From Eledone cirrhosa (taxonomy: Eukaryota), in assembly GCA_964016885.1 (NCBI GenBank), contig OZ024749.1:1798001-1862000 (forward strand): a stretch of DNA of 64,000 nucleotides, read 5' to 3'. This document shows, piece after piece, positions 36,231-51,083 of this stretch (within the stretch, counting starts at the first letter, position 1; each line of letters starts with the position of its first letter). The notes under the pieces are model-generated. The model made no database searches, was not told where the DNA came from, and was given only the letters and a program-made list of their open reading frames with translations. The position numbers and the translations under genes were made by a program.

Positions 36231-36800
36231 ATATCCCGAAACAGTAACAGAAAAAAGGTATACACATACACGCACACAAATATATACACAATAAAGAGAG
36301 ACAAACACAGATATATACATATATGCGTTCAAATCACAAGGGACGTTTATGTTCGTCTCTCTTTATGGTATTATAAGGCTCGGAAAATGTTTTCCTTGAG
36401 CTACTTTGATTATAAGGGACTTATGTGAGTTTTTAACTCAATATATATATATATATATTCTTCCCCCAACCCTTACTTTCACATACACACACACACACGT
36501 ACACCTACACACACACACACCACCTTCAGCCCTCCCCGCTCGGACACCCCGTCTCCCTCTCCCCACTCCACCCGCCACCACCCCTACACACCCCACACCC
36601 TTCCACCACCTGTTTTACCCCCCTTTTAATTTCAGTTTATTTTGATCATGCTTTTATATTTAATTTTATTTCATTCCTTGTATTTTGATCATGCTTTATT
36701 TTTATTTTTATTTTTAATTTCATTCGCACCGTTTCCTTTCGCTATATGTCTCTCCACCACTCCCCTACACACCCTTTGAACTCTGTTCCCACACACTTCT

Positions 36801-36834
36801 CACCTGAGGAAGGGCTTATGCCCGAAACGTCGTT
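36801..36834 (+). ncRNA. Minimal hammerhead motif at the end of a Penelope-like terminal repeat (element about 36455-36925)
   Basis: CTGAGGA-A-GGGC ttat GCCC-GAAA-CG-TC; palindromic ACGT; AATAAA about 40 nt downstream; stem I weak. Confidence 0.6.
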
Positions 36835-36989
36835 CCCCACCACCACCCCACTCTCCAGAGCGTGAAATTAATAAACATTCGTTGTACTGCCTCTCTGTTT
36901 TGTTCCTGTTCAAATTTTTCCATTATATATATACATTTCAAATTTCAGTAAAACCAAGGATTAATATTATTGTTGTTTATTTATACATC

Positions 36990-37104
36990 TACGAACGTTT
37001 CAATACAATCAGAATAATTCACCAATAGTAGAGAAAAATCGAAAATTATAAGTAGAGTAACTCCACTATAGGCGCTCTACTCCAAGCCGTATCTCTTCAG
37101 GAAA
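36990..37104 (-). ncRNA. Hammerhead-like motif with ~90 nt stem II insertion
   Basis: CTGAAGA-gatac...gtatt-GAAA-CGTT, then AATAAA; stem I poor. Confidence 0.4.
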
Positions 37105-37140
37105 TACAATATCTTAATATATATATATTAATTTAATATA

Positions 37141-37217
<77 letters not shown>

Positions 37218-37373
37218 TATATATACACATATATATATGTATATATATTAAAGGTGTAAATTATCTGCATCCGTAGGCTGTATGCCGAATGAACACTCGA
37301 TGCTCTTGAGTATCAATAATAGTAATATATATAGGAACAAAGAATCAGTGTTGCATCATATACATATTTAATT

Positions 37374-37465
37374 ACATATTACATATGTTTCACTGTCGAT
37401 CAGTTCGAGGAACGATCGATTAATGATCAAACTTGACTCTGGATTCGGAAGCTCATCAGATATGT
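37374..37465 (-). ncRNA. Type I hammerhead ribozyme
   Basis: Stem I acatat/atatgt (6 bp), CTGATGA, stem II gct/agt closing a 61 nt domain, GAAA, palindromic ACATATGT, GUA triplet; short inverted copy at 37498-37516. Confidence 0.7.
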
Positions 37466-37649
37466 GTTAACTAAGAGTCTCAGACGCGAGTCTACATGTT
37501 AACACATATCTGAGGATTCTGCCTTCAATCTCTGGGGTTAATATCAATCACTAATTTTAATGTCATCATCCGGATAATGTTGTGAAGGAGCACCATCGAG
37601 AAAAATCATGTTCTGATCATGGAAGTAGTTGCAACAGACTATAATGTTA

Positions 37650-37800
37650 GGGATGGCTGAGTGGTTAAGGAGTTCACTTCACGTCGTTATGGGTTCAGTC
37701 CTGTCGTGCGGCACCTTAGGTGTCTTCTACTAGAGCCTTAACTTGATCAATGTCTTATCAGTGGAATTTCGTAGATGGAATCTGTAAAATTCCATCGTTT
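37650..37800 (+). mobile_element. Diverged tRNA-derived SINE (family S3)
   Basis: A-box tggctgagtgg, B-box ggttcagtcc, gtgtcttctacta body. Confidence 0.55.
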
Positions 37801-37824
37801 TATCTATAAGTTTATGCAGACATA

Positions 37825-37975
37825 TAGTTGGCGACTTGGCAGAGTTGTTAGGACGTCGGATAGAATGTTTTGTAGTATTCATTCTGCTCTCTGAGTTCAA
37901 ATCCAGCCGAGGTCAACTTTGTCTTTCATCCATTCATGGTCGATAAAAAAAGTACCAGTCAAGTACTGGGGTCAA
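37825..37975 (+). mobile_element. SINE S1 (diverged)
   Basis: gagttcaaatccagccgaggtcaactttgtctttcatcc...gtcgataaaa..gtaccag. Confidence 0.75.
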
Positions 37976-38138
37976 TTATTCCTCTATGTCCCTTCCTCAC
38001 TTACTTTCTCTCCTTACCTGGAAGAAATCTGCTGTATTCAGACATTGAAAGGAGATGGGCTCTGCCAGGTATAAAAATGCCCTAGAAACACCGTATGTCA
38101 ATTGGGCGAGCCTATGATTCCTAAGGAGTTACGGGTCC

Positions 38139-38550
38139 ATACCATATCATACCATACCATACCATATCATACCATACTATATCATACCATACCATACCAT
38201 ATCATACCATACCATACTATATCATACCATACCATACCATATCATACCATATCATACCATACCATACCATATCATACCATACCATATCATACCATACCAT
38301 ACTATATCATACCATACCATATCATACCATACTATATCATACCATACCATACCATATCATACCATACCATATCATACTATACCATACCATACCATACCAT
38401 ACCATACTATACCATACCATACGATATCATACCATACCATATCATACCATACCATACCATACTATACCATACCATATGATACCATACCATACCATACCAT
38501 ACCATACTATACCATACCATACCATACCATACCATATCATACCATACCAT
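38139..38550. repeat. (ATACC)n pentanucleotide satellite
   Basis: Directly visible. Confidence 0.95.
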
Positions 38551-38559
38551 GCGTAAGGT

Positions 38560-39060
38560 AGCATCAGTAATAAGCAGGTATATTAAACTATGTCAGAAGT
38601 ACTTGGGGGAAATAATTCCATGTAGATACAGACAAAGGAAAAACTTAATCGATCTCTATTAGAAGTGAAATATTTCTACAGGAGTTCTGTCTCCACCCTT
38701 TCTGTGTGACGTTAATGAATTTTAGTAACATATTAATTCAGGATGAACTCAGATAGAAATGTTATGGGTAGGCAACCAATCATCTTTTTATATGCTATGG
38801 TTAGGTAATAAACCATCTTTTATATGGAGGGATAAACAACTAAAAACACTGTTTCAGATAGTTGATGGAGTTACAAAATTTACCATAAAATTGATGAAAT
38901 TTGAATTTAAAAAATACACAAAACAAACTTGAGAGGAAAATTAAAAAAACACTAGTACCACGCGAGATTAATAGATTCAAGAGAATTACACCAATCATAG
39001 ACTTACAAGCACCTAGGAATCAATGAACTAGACTGAGTACAATGCACACAAATGAAAGGT
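38560..39060 (+). pseudogene. Highly decayed non-LTR RT remnant (R4-like)
   Basis: ataaaccatcttttatatgga approximates INHLLYMD; tacaagcacctaggaatc approximates YKYLGI. Confidence 0.4.
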
Positions 39061-39505
39061 TAGCAAGGAATCTTCAAGACACCATATATTAATACACCCT
39101 CTTTAACCACCCGATCATAATTACGCCTGTGATTCCGCAGTTTTTCGAAAAATGTAACTGAAGCCGAAAAGGATTCGAGGGGACAAACGAATTTTAAATA
39201 GATTCGTAGTTGGTATTGGATGGCGTTCGGGAAGAAGAATTTCATGGGACATTTGATGTATAGAAGATGCGAAGATAAGCTACGACCACGGTGTACGATT
39301 CCAAAAGAACTATTTCAAAAGGCATTGTGTGCATATAGAAGTACATTATTTGCCAGAGTGGATTTAAACGCATGGTCCGCCCGAAAGCTTTCTGATACCA
39401 TTTCATATATATATGTATATATATTTTAAAGTTGAGACAGTAAACAGAAAACAAAAAAAAAACGTAGAAGCGAAGAGGCAGTACAAATGTTATATTAGTT
39501 TCACG

Positions 39506-39569
<64 letters not shown>

Positions 39570-40000
39570 CACCCCCACACACACACACACATATATATAG
39601 AGAGAGATGGAGAGTTACAAGACAGAATATATTTAGATGTATCGATAAGATGACAAATTGAACAAAAATCAAATAAATGTCAATATAAATGGCAAGATGG
39701 ATATGTTGTTCCAGTGGGAGAAGAACGAGGAATCGATGAATCGATGAATAAATAAATAGAGGAGCAAATCGAAAAATCAATTGATAAATAGATCGGAAAA
39801 CAATAGTGATTGACATGATGAAGAGATAAATTAAATGGCGGATTGTTAACAAGACGAATGGTGTGAGGTGTTTTCTAGATGATCTGGTGATTGGTGAGTG
39901 TCGAAAGGAGGAGAGATCACTAGAGATTGGGGATATCGATGAGTAAAATGTGTAAATAGATTGTACGGACAAAATGTATAAATAGTAAATAAATAAACTG

Positions 40001-40041
<41 letters not shown>

Positions 40042-40044
40042 CAG

Positions 40045-40292
40045 AAGGGTATTTTCTCCTTGGTTATGTCAAAATTTATAAAACACACTTCATATTTTAT
40101 CTGATGATAGCGTACCAAAATTTTGGTACCCTTGAAATATATATATAGAATAAATATGGTTTTATAAATATAGTTTCCATTTATTTAATATCATATATAC
40201 TTCAAGGGTCCCAAACATTTTGGTACGCTATCATCAGATAAAATACAGAATGTTCTATAAATATTTGACATGACCCAGGATAATATACCTTA
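40045..40292. mobile_element. Fold-back mini-element with a hammerhead core in each arm
   Basis: CTGATGA 40101...gtaccaaaa/ttttggtac...GAAA 40134 (+); inverted copy tcatcag 40231 with GAAG (-). Confidence 0.65.
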
Positions 40293-40604
40293 ACGGTTCA
40301 AGTTATCCCTGGAAAGAAAATATCTCTTCTGCACACACATATATATATACTCATACACACACACATAAACAAACACTCACACACACACACATAAACACTC
40401 ACACTCACACATACATGTTTGTGTGTGTACGTCATTTCAATTGCCATCACACTAACTGGCAGAACATGTAGAGAATTTTGACTTTTTGTGTCAATGTTGT
40501 GGAATTTTCGTGGGATATTTATTGTGGAGTATATCCTGTGTGTTATTATTGCTGTTATATGTCATAGAGAAGGGTAGTGTTTATTGTATAGTATATGTGC
40601 TGTG

Positions 40605-41438
40605 ATAGTCAGCTTCCTGCAGCCCTGATGTCTCTATACTAATGCCCAAGTATTTGTGGGAGTCAGACTCCGCTAAGGATGCGTACTGTCACCCCTTCTT
40701 TTCATTATTTTCATGAACCAGATTGACATGCGCATCCGTGTTGCAAGTGGTATCATGATTGGCAGGTGTAAAATCAATCAGGCGGAATTTGCAGACGGAA
40801 TGGTTTTATTAAACTCGACAGAAGGTGATCTCCGACTTGCACTCGATAGGTCTGATGCCAAGTGCTGCATGGTTGGAATGAAAATCAGTGCTTCGAAGAC
40901 CGAGACACCCGTCCCCACAAGGAAGCCTGTGCAGTGCTAGTTCCACAGAAGCAGGTAGAGAATTTAAAGTATCTCGGGGTCGTGTTGATGTGTGGAGGAA
41001 GGTAGGAGGCTGAATTAAGTCTAAGAATTGCAGGACTTGGTACAGAAATGCGTCAGCTTTAGCATTCAGTAATGAAAAGAAGGGAGGAAGGCGTAAAGCC
41101 AAACCCACTCTCTTTAATTCGGTATTCGTGTCAACCCTTACATATGGCTGTAAATCTTGGGTAATGACCGAAAGAATACAATCACAAATACAAGCGGCTG
41201 AAATGGGGTTCCTCTGAAGGGTCCTTGGAGTAAGGTTACTCGATAGAGTGCATAACTCGGAGATCAGAGAGTCACTCTAGGTAGAGACTCTACTTCTCCG
41301 AATTGAGAGATCACAGCTCCGATAGAATGGGCTGGAAGGAGTGTTTGAGGACTCTGTCCTCATGACTCTCTCAGGAATAAATGGGCGAAGAAGAAGAAGA
41401 AGAAGAAGAAGAAGAAGAAGAAAAAGAAGAAGAAGAAG
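40605..41438 (+). mobile_element. Decayed, internally deleted RTE-clade LINE with (GAA)n tail
   Basis: LR*GCVLSPLLFIIFM, FADG(D)MVLL, GMKISASKTE, FKYLGV, LTYGCKSWVMTE..IQAAEMGFL, DRVHNSEIRE. Confidence 0.85.
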
Positions 41439-41899
41439 ATTGTTATTGTTTATAAATTCTTTACTCGATGTATTTGTTTTGCAAGGTTTTTGATGAGAAA
41501 CTATATTTATATTTATATTTCTTATCTGTTATTCAATCAGTGATAAACATTGATTGCCAGCTAAATTATTTATAGAAATATAAAAATATACTGAAACGAA
41601 AACCAAATTATATTTTTCTGGCAATATGCAACATGAATTATATTTTTTAACAACATGCAACATGACCTCCCCAAAACATAACAATATTATTTACTTGATT
41701 TTTCTGTAAAGCCCCTACTGTCTCCGCCTATTGTAATGTTCCTTATATGCAGGACCTTTTGGCCAATAAAGAAATTATTATTATTATTATTATTATTATT
41801 GCATGAAGCCAATCACCAACGAGGACAATCCAGTGAGAGATAAATCTCTGAGAGTCCAGATAAATCTTTTTAACTTCAAGGTCACAATTTTCTACACAC

Positions 41900-42075
41900 T
41901 GCTTCCACAACTTTACAGGCAAGGAGTTTGTAGAAAACCAGCAGTTGCACAAGCAAGCCAGTTTTCCCTCCCTACATCAAGGATGTCTAAAGGAAAGGCA
42001 AATGGCACCAGTACCGTCACAACATATTTTATTTACCAGCTGACTGGACTGGAGCAACGTGAAATACAGGATCTT
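41900..42075 (-). mobile_element. SINE S2 (diverged)
   Basis: cagctga.tggactggagcaacgtgaa is the reverse complement of the S2 core. Confidence 0.6.
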
Positions 42076-42367
42076 CATGATGGAGACTACGGGTGGTGAG
42101 TCAGGTATCTTACCATGGTTACGTGTTTCCACATCCCAAATACATTCAAAACATTGGACAGTACAGTAGAAGTATACCAGCTCCGATAATAGAATTTGCT
42201 GTCATAATTGGAAAATACCTATCAACTTTCAAGTAATTTTGAAGACTAATATATATTTCTCCAAAATGGCTCACATATCATACATGGTCTTTTTCTCGCC
42301 AAAACAGTTTCCTGTTTCTTTCTCTTTTCGTTCTCTTCTATCATCCTAATCTTTCATTTCTTATTAT

Positions 42368-42405
42368 ATCTACTGACGAAGGACTAGCGTCCGAAGCGTT
42401 AAGAC
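42368..42405 (+). other. Decayed minimal hammerhead (sister copy at 9590-9627)
   Basis: CTGACGA-A-GGAC tagc GTCC-GAAG-CGTT-aaga; GAAA mutated here, core mutated in the sister copy. Confidence 0.55.
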
Positions 42406-42441
42406 ACATTTCCTACTATTTCAAGCGTTAATAATAATAAT

Positions 42442-42570
42442 TGTTTCTACTTTTGGCACAAGCCCAGAAATCATCCCAGTGCATTACTGGTACTTTATTT
42501 TATCGACCCCGTAGGGATGAAAGGCAAAGTTAACCTCGGCGGGATTTGAACTCAGATCATAAAGGCCCGT
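42442..42570 (-). mobile_element. 5'-truncated SINE S1 with 19 bp target-site duplication
   Basis: aagcgttaataataataat at 42423-42441 and 42571-42589. Confidence 0.9.
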
Positions 42571-42598
42571 AAGCGTTAATAATAATAATACATATATA

Positions 42599-42683
<85 letters not shown>

Positions 42684-42686
<3 letters not shown>

Positions 42687-42997
42687 AATATTAAAACAAT
42701 GAAATTAAACACAAAACGGTTAATTCATAGTAAAACTCATTATTTTACGGTCGTTTCTGGGGGGTAGTTCCCCGTATGTCCATTCAATTATTGATCTATG
42801 TAAAATATTACAAAATATCATAGTAAGAAAAATACATACGTCTTCACTACCCGCCGTCTTCAGACGTAATATTTTACATAGATCATAATTGAATGGACAT
42901 ACGGGGAACTAACCCCCCCCCCAGAAACAACCGTAAAATAATGAGTTTTACTATGAATTAACCGTTTTGTGTTTAATTTCATTGTTTTAATATTTCT
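42684..42997. mobile_element. Fold-back mini-element (~130 bp arms) containing a hammerhead-like fold at 42745-42869(-)
   Basis: Arms 42684-42811 / 42866-42997; minus strand ttacg-t-CTGAAGA-c-ggcgggtagt...actacccccc-a-GAAA-cgac-cgtaa; triplet is not NUH. Confidence 0.7.
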
Positions 42998-43189
42998 ATT
43001 TTTGACTCTGTATCCAATGAATTATATCGTTGAACATTTTGTATTTTAAACTTTGCTTCACGACTTCTACATATGGATTACATATATGGAGTTCGGATTA
43101 CACATATACGGAGTTCTTTATACGGTTTAGACCCTACCATTGATTGGTAGATTTATCTGTGTGTATATATATATATATATATTTTATAC

Positions 43190-43291
<102 letters not shown>

Positions 43292-43299
43292 TTATATAT

Positions 43300-43476
43300 A
43301 AATAGTTCAGCTAGGTCACTACTGTCCTAACACTGCTGGTTTAGTTCGGATCTAGCTGTCGAAACGGCCGGAGCTCAGCCGTCGGGATACTGAGTCTTTT
43401 CCTATTACCCACTCTGCTACCCTAAGTTTCGAGTACTCCTGTGCGTTATGGTCCATCTGGTTACACACTTCATTCG

Positions 43477-43478
<2 letters not shown>
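43300..43478 (+). mobile_element. Family B terminal fragment (diverged)
   Basis: gtcgaaacggc..gagctcagccgtcggg...cctattacccactct...tgcgttatggtccatctggtt. Confidence 0.75.
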
Positions 43479-45400
<1,922 letters not shown>

Positions 45401-45866
45401 ACAAAAGGTCTGCATAGATGTTGAACAGGCTAAGGTTTTCAAGCACCAATAATTTGAAAGAGTCAATTCTTAGTGTTAATTTGGTGGCGTTAAGCAGGAG
45501 AAAGAGAGATAGAAAAGCCCACCTGAATAGAGCGCTAGCCTTATATCGCAGTTAACTTTAGCAGTCTGTCATCTACACAAATGTAAATTTGTGTATTTCT
45601 AGAGTAACAACCAAACATCTTCACCCAATTTATTCTCACAAACTATGAAAACTTAAATATTTTAACCATTCAAGTATTTTATCTCAGCACACACACACAC
45701 ACACACACACACGCGCGCACACAAATATGCTTTATTTTAATACATTAAATGGAATCATTCGTGAACAGATGTACTTATCATATATGTATAGAATTTCAAC
45801 CACGATATGTACTATAAAATGGTCATACACTCACATACATATGCACATACGCACATATGTTAAATG

Positions 45867-45916
<50 letters not shown>

Positions 45917-46181
45917 TATATATACATGAGAGTGCTGGCGCAAGTATATCTGAACGAATAACCAAAAATCAAACCATTTCCAATGAAAGGAAGAGGGAAA
46001 ACGTACACAGAATAAACAAAAGAAAACAAAATAAAATGAACGAGCCAACGATTGAGCAAGAGACATGACTAGGAATATAGAGAAATACGATGTATAGGGT
46101 AAAACACGTATTGTATATATATACGAAACACACACACACACACACACACACACATATGTATATATACATATATATATAAAT

Positions 46182-46593
46182 ATCATTGGATACCATCAGG
46201 GTTGCAGGTGTTATATCACAGTTTTCCTTCTCCTAGAATTCTGCCTTGACAAGATGATATTTAGAATTCTGCTAACCAAGATGATATTTACCTTTTTGGT
46301 AAATATCATCTTGGTTAAGAGAGTGGGACTGGCTTTGTGCAGTGCCTTTGCTCACTATAAAAGCTTCACGGCACAGGCATTGCTTTATATCTGGAGATCT
46401 CTCTGCACTTGTCGTCACATACCATGGGCCCAGCACTATGTGTCAATAATTGTCACAAGTGTAGTGTTTGTACCAGAGTTCTCAAGTCGCTGGCTGGACT
46501 AAAAAGTCACACTTGTTCAGCGCATCGGTAGGGGTTCTCCTACATGGATATAAAGTAGTGGCCGTACTCGAAAACGGGTTGGCAGCCACCATA
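46182..46593. mobile_element. Truncated, internally inverted copy of repeat family D (see 51084-52521)
   Basis: 46182-46252 matches 52229-52300; 46293-46593 matches 51392-51695. Confidence 0.8.
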
Positions 46594-47225
46594 TATAAAT
46601 ATATATGTATATATACATATATATATATATGTATGTATATTAAACACACACACACAGATATATATATATATATATATGTATATGTATATATATTAAACAC
46701 ACACACACATATATATATGTATACATATGTATGTATACATATGCATATATATATATATTATACATATGTATATATGTGTATATATATTTGTGCATATATT
46801 TATGTATATATACATATTTGTAATATATATATATATATATACATATATATTTATGTGTATATATAGATATGTATATGTAAAAATATATCTATGTATGTAA
46901 ATATGTATGTTGCTACTTCTGTGTGATTTCGTATAACAAAAGATTCTTCGATATGTAACAATAAAGGTAAGTTATATCAGATATCACATAACTAGTAGTT
47001 TCATAGTTTTCGCAGATAATAGCACACAGCACCTCTCTATTTCTTATATACACATATGCACGAAGCTCTTTGCTCAAGCGGCCAAAATTATCCCCAATTT
47101 CTGCGGCTGGGATATGCAAATCCCTGTGAATATATATATATAAATATATGTGTGTACTTTGAACAGTGCAAACTATGGAACAATTAGTACAATTAATCCA
47201 ATGATGTCTGACTTAACCCATGTAT

Positions 47226-47287
<62 letters not shown>

Positions 47288-47461
47288 ATACAATAACAGA
47301 GATAGTTTAAAGCTAAACTCTGACTGGTAACCATCTCACTCAACAAACATTAGGTTATATTAAACTATAAACCCAATTTAAGTGTTTGGGGTGCTAACAA
47401 TATGTATAATATGGAAAAACCAGTTGTATTATTTTATGAGATATAATTAAAGTTAATATAC

Positions 47462-47506
47462 ATTTCGTTTCTGAATTTGTTTAGCAGCATGACCCTCCCA
47501 AAGTAT

Positions 47507-47513
<7 letters not shown>
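47462..47513. mobile_element. Tiny inverted family A fragment
   Basis: atttcgtttctgaatttgtttagca fused to gcatgaccctcccaaagtataacaata. Confidence 0.7.
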
Positions 47514-47545
<32 letters not shown>

Positions 47546-47698
47546 TATAGATAGGTAAATATACACGGGTGTGTATGATTGTGTATAGAAGATTATATTA
47601 ATAAGAGGAATTCCAACTTTGTCTGATTTACTCGTTTTATTTACAATCCTTTAAAATATATATAATGGTATTATAATGAAATAGTATGATAGAATATT

Positions 47699-47748
<50 letters not shown>

Positions 47749-48048
47749 TTTTTTGTAATTCTGTTTTGTCGTTTCCTTGTACTATATATATATATGGGTA
47801 TTAGGTATGTGTGCGGTGTGTGTGTGTAAGAAATAAGTTGTAAGCCAAAAGGAACTAAATGAAAGGAATTAACATAGCAAAAAACAAAACAAAAAAACAA
47901 ATAGGAGTCAGCAATGTTGAAACTTGGAGAAAAGGAAACAGAAAACTACCGAAAACACGATGAGATAAACAAAACATCGTATATATAAATATATATATAT
48001 ATATATATGAACATGTATATACATGTTCATGTATATGTGTGTTTATAT

Positions 48049-48248
48049 NNNNNNNNNNNNNNNNNNNNNNNNNNNNNNNNNNNNNNNNNNNNNNNNNNNN
48101 NNNNNNNNNNNNNNNNNNNNNNNNNNNNNNNNNNNNNNNNNNNNNNNNNNNNNNNNNNNNNNNNNNNNNNNNNNNNNNNNNNNNNNNNNNNNNNNNNNNN
48201 NNNNNNNNNNNNNNNNNNNNNNNNNNNNNNNNNNNNNNNNNNNNNNNN
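48049..48248. other. Assembly gap (200 N)
   Basis: Directly visible. Confidence 1.
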
Positions 48249-48459
48249 TCTATGTGAAAATTTCATCAACACGTAGCATGGATTGCTAAGACCATCTGCT
48301 GTATATCTGCCATATATCCGCTACTATTCAAATTCATCAACTGATTATCCCCCCTTTTTATTTCTTTGGTTTTTCTTTTTTCTATACTTTCCTTTTAACC
48401 CAAACGGCAAAAAGAATTCAATGAATTAGATTTGAAAAACAAATCATACAAAATTATAT

Positions 48460-48513
<54 letters not shown>

Positions 48514-49009
48514 GCTTCTTGCTGCAATACTTTCTATACCTTTCATTTATATATATATATATATATGGGTGTGTGTGTGAATGTATGTCTAAGACTAGGC
48601 ACTATTTGTATAATATATAGTGGGCAGACTTAAAAGTAACTTTGTTATTTAAAACAAATATTTATATATTTACTTATTTATAATTACAGTGTTAAAAGCC
48701 AGAATTCTATGAAATGTATGTTATTTACTCGATGTTATTTAACGTAAATTCTATGAACAGGAATTGTTATTTCTATAAAAGAAACTGACGAATGAAATAA
48801 ATGTGAAAATGGCTGACTTGGTATTTTTGTGGCAGACATGGCTGATTGGTGAAGAACTCGCAATCATTGGGGGCCATGTTCCTTCTAACTGGCATCTTTG
48901 GCAAATGTTATTAATAGAGCGTCTAGTTGGCTGAAGACTTGCGTATGATATTAATTAAATGTTTATCAGATGAAACATGTAATTAAGATGGCCGAGAGTA
49001 TCATACTGT

Positions 49010-49520
49010 GGAACACTATGTCACACTGTAATACTGTGTCACATTGTGTTATACTGTGTCACACTGTGTTATACTGTGTCACACTGTGTTATATTGTCAC
49101 ATTGTGTTATACTGTGTCACCCTGTGTTATACTGTGTAACACTGTGATACGGTGTCACACTGTGTCAGACTCTGTTATACTGTGTCACACTGTGTTATAC
49201 TGTGTCACACTGTGTTATAGTGTGTAACACTGTGTTATAATGTGTCTCACTGTGTCACACTGTGTTATAATGTGTCACATTGTGTTATACTGTGTCACAC
49301 TGTGTTATACTTTGTCACACTGTGTTATACTGTGTTATACTATGTTATACTGTGTCAAACTGTGTTATACTGTGTCACACTGTGTCACACTGTGTCACAC
49401 TGTGTCACACTGTGTTGTACTGTGTCACACTATGTTGTACTTTGTCATACTGTGTTATACTGTGTTATACTGGGTTATACTGTGTCACACTGTGTTTTAC
49501 TCTGTCACATTGTGTGACAT
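49010..49520. repeat. 10 bp minisatellite (ACTGTGTCAC / ACTGTGTTAT)n
   Basis: Directly visible; source of the Cys-rich ORFs. Confidence 0.95.
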
Positions 49521-49873
49521 TGCTCTGTATTAAGTATTATGACAAAAGCAGACGTGTTTCTGAATTCTTAGCCACTTACAATGTAACACAAGATGTAATG
49601 TACCTTAATTTCAAAGGACTAAAGTTGTCTTACATATTGCGTCATGATGAATCGCTATAAAAATATTATAAAGGTACTCGCGTCTGTGGAAATGCTCAAA
49701 CACTTGCACGTTAATTTACGGCGCATTCATCATCGAATTAACGGAGATCCATGCTACCAAAAACACATGGTGTAACGTGCTTCATACAAATGGAAAACAC
49801 AAAACATTCTTACAAAGTAAAATTTGCGTTTTTAGAGAAAAAACATACTTAACAGTAAGCAATGATAGAATGA

Positions 49874-49926
<53 letters not shown>

Positions 49927-50445
49927 CATATATGAGTATGCCAATAAGAGAACATTATCTTTGAATATAAGGAAGTAATAAAACAGCAGCTTGATGCTAA
50001 CTACACCGAGGAAAAAAGGTTTAGATGAAGAGAAAATATACGAATTTAAAAAGAATCGGAACTTCCATGTAATAAACGGGGGAAAAAACTTATTCAAGCT
50101 TAATATCATGCAAGACTGAACAGAGAGGAAGTGAGTTATTATAAATGCCAACAATGGCTAAAAAGCCCTGAAGTAAAAGCAGTAGAAAAGAAGGTTTGCT
50201 TTTAGTTGTACGACATGAATAATACCCAGGAAAAGCTACAAAATAGAAAGAGAAAAAAGTGACTTACACCAACATCACACTATGATGTATATGTAACAAT
50301 GTGACTTACACCAACATCACAATGTGATGTATACGTCAAAAGAAAAGAAGAATCCGACAAGAACGACGCTGAAATACGTTGTTTCCGTTTGTTCAGTCCT
50401 TGCAAAACTAAAATATATTCACATGCATAACCACTGGTTTATACA

Positions 50446-50498
<53 letters not shown>

Positions 50499-50735
50499 CT
50501 GCATGTATATATATATAGGTTAGTCAATAAAAAAACCAGTTAAATACCAACCGTTATGCACATTTCAGAGGCGTTAGACAGTGATGCGTAAGTCTAACAC
50601 GTCAACATCAGACGGGAATTAATAATATGCAGCCATATATATTGCAGAGAATATCTATATATATATAATATAATATAATATATAAGGATTGCATTCGTTA
50701 GCATAGCTGCAGACAGAGCTTCGGAACTTACATTC

Positions 50736-50823
<88 letters not shown>

Positions 50824-50938
50824 CTACAAAATATGTGTTCGCTATTAACATGGCGGATACCTAAATTTATTCGCGAATAATGATATTATGATATTATAAC
50901 ATTATCAATATTATGTTTGTTTGCAAGCAAACAGCCTC

Positions 50939-50984
<46 letters not shown>

Positions 50985-51051
50985 GCATATATATATACAT
51001 ATACATGCATATATATATACATACGTACATACATACATACATATATATATG

Positions 51052-51082
<31 letters not shown>

Positions 51083-51083
51083 A

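Noticed and set aside
39060-39429. CpG-richer island with short ORFs as a host exon
   Set aside because: No recognisable domain or clear splice-site pair
48007-48289. ORFs spanning X residues
   Set aside because: Assembly gap of Ns
48970-49660. Cys/His-rich metallothionein-like ORFs
   Set aside because: 10 bp minisatellite read in several frames
49940-50220. Possible R4-like LINE remnant (also about 57380-57650)
   Set aside because: Only a QWLKS.E.KA-like trace; too decayed to delimit
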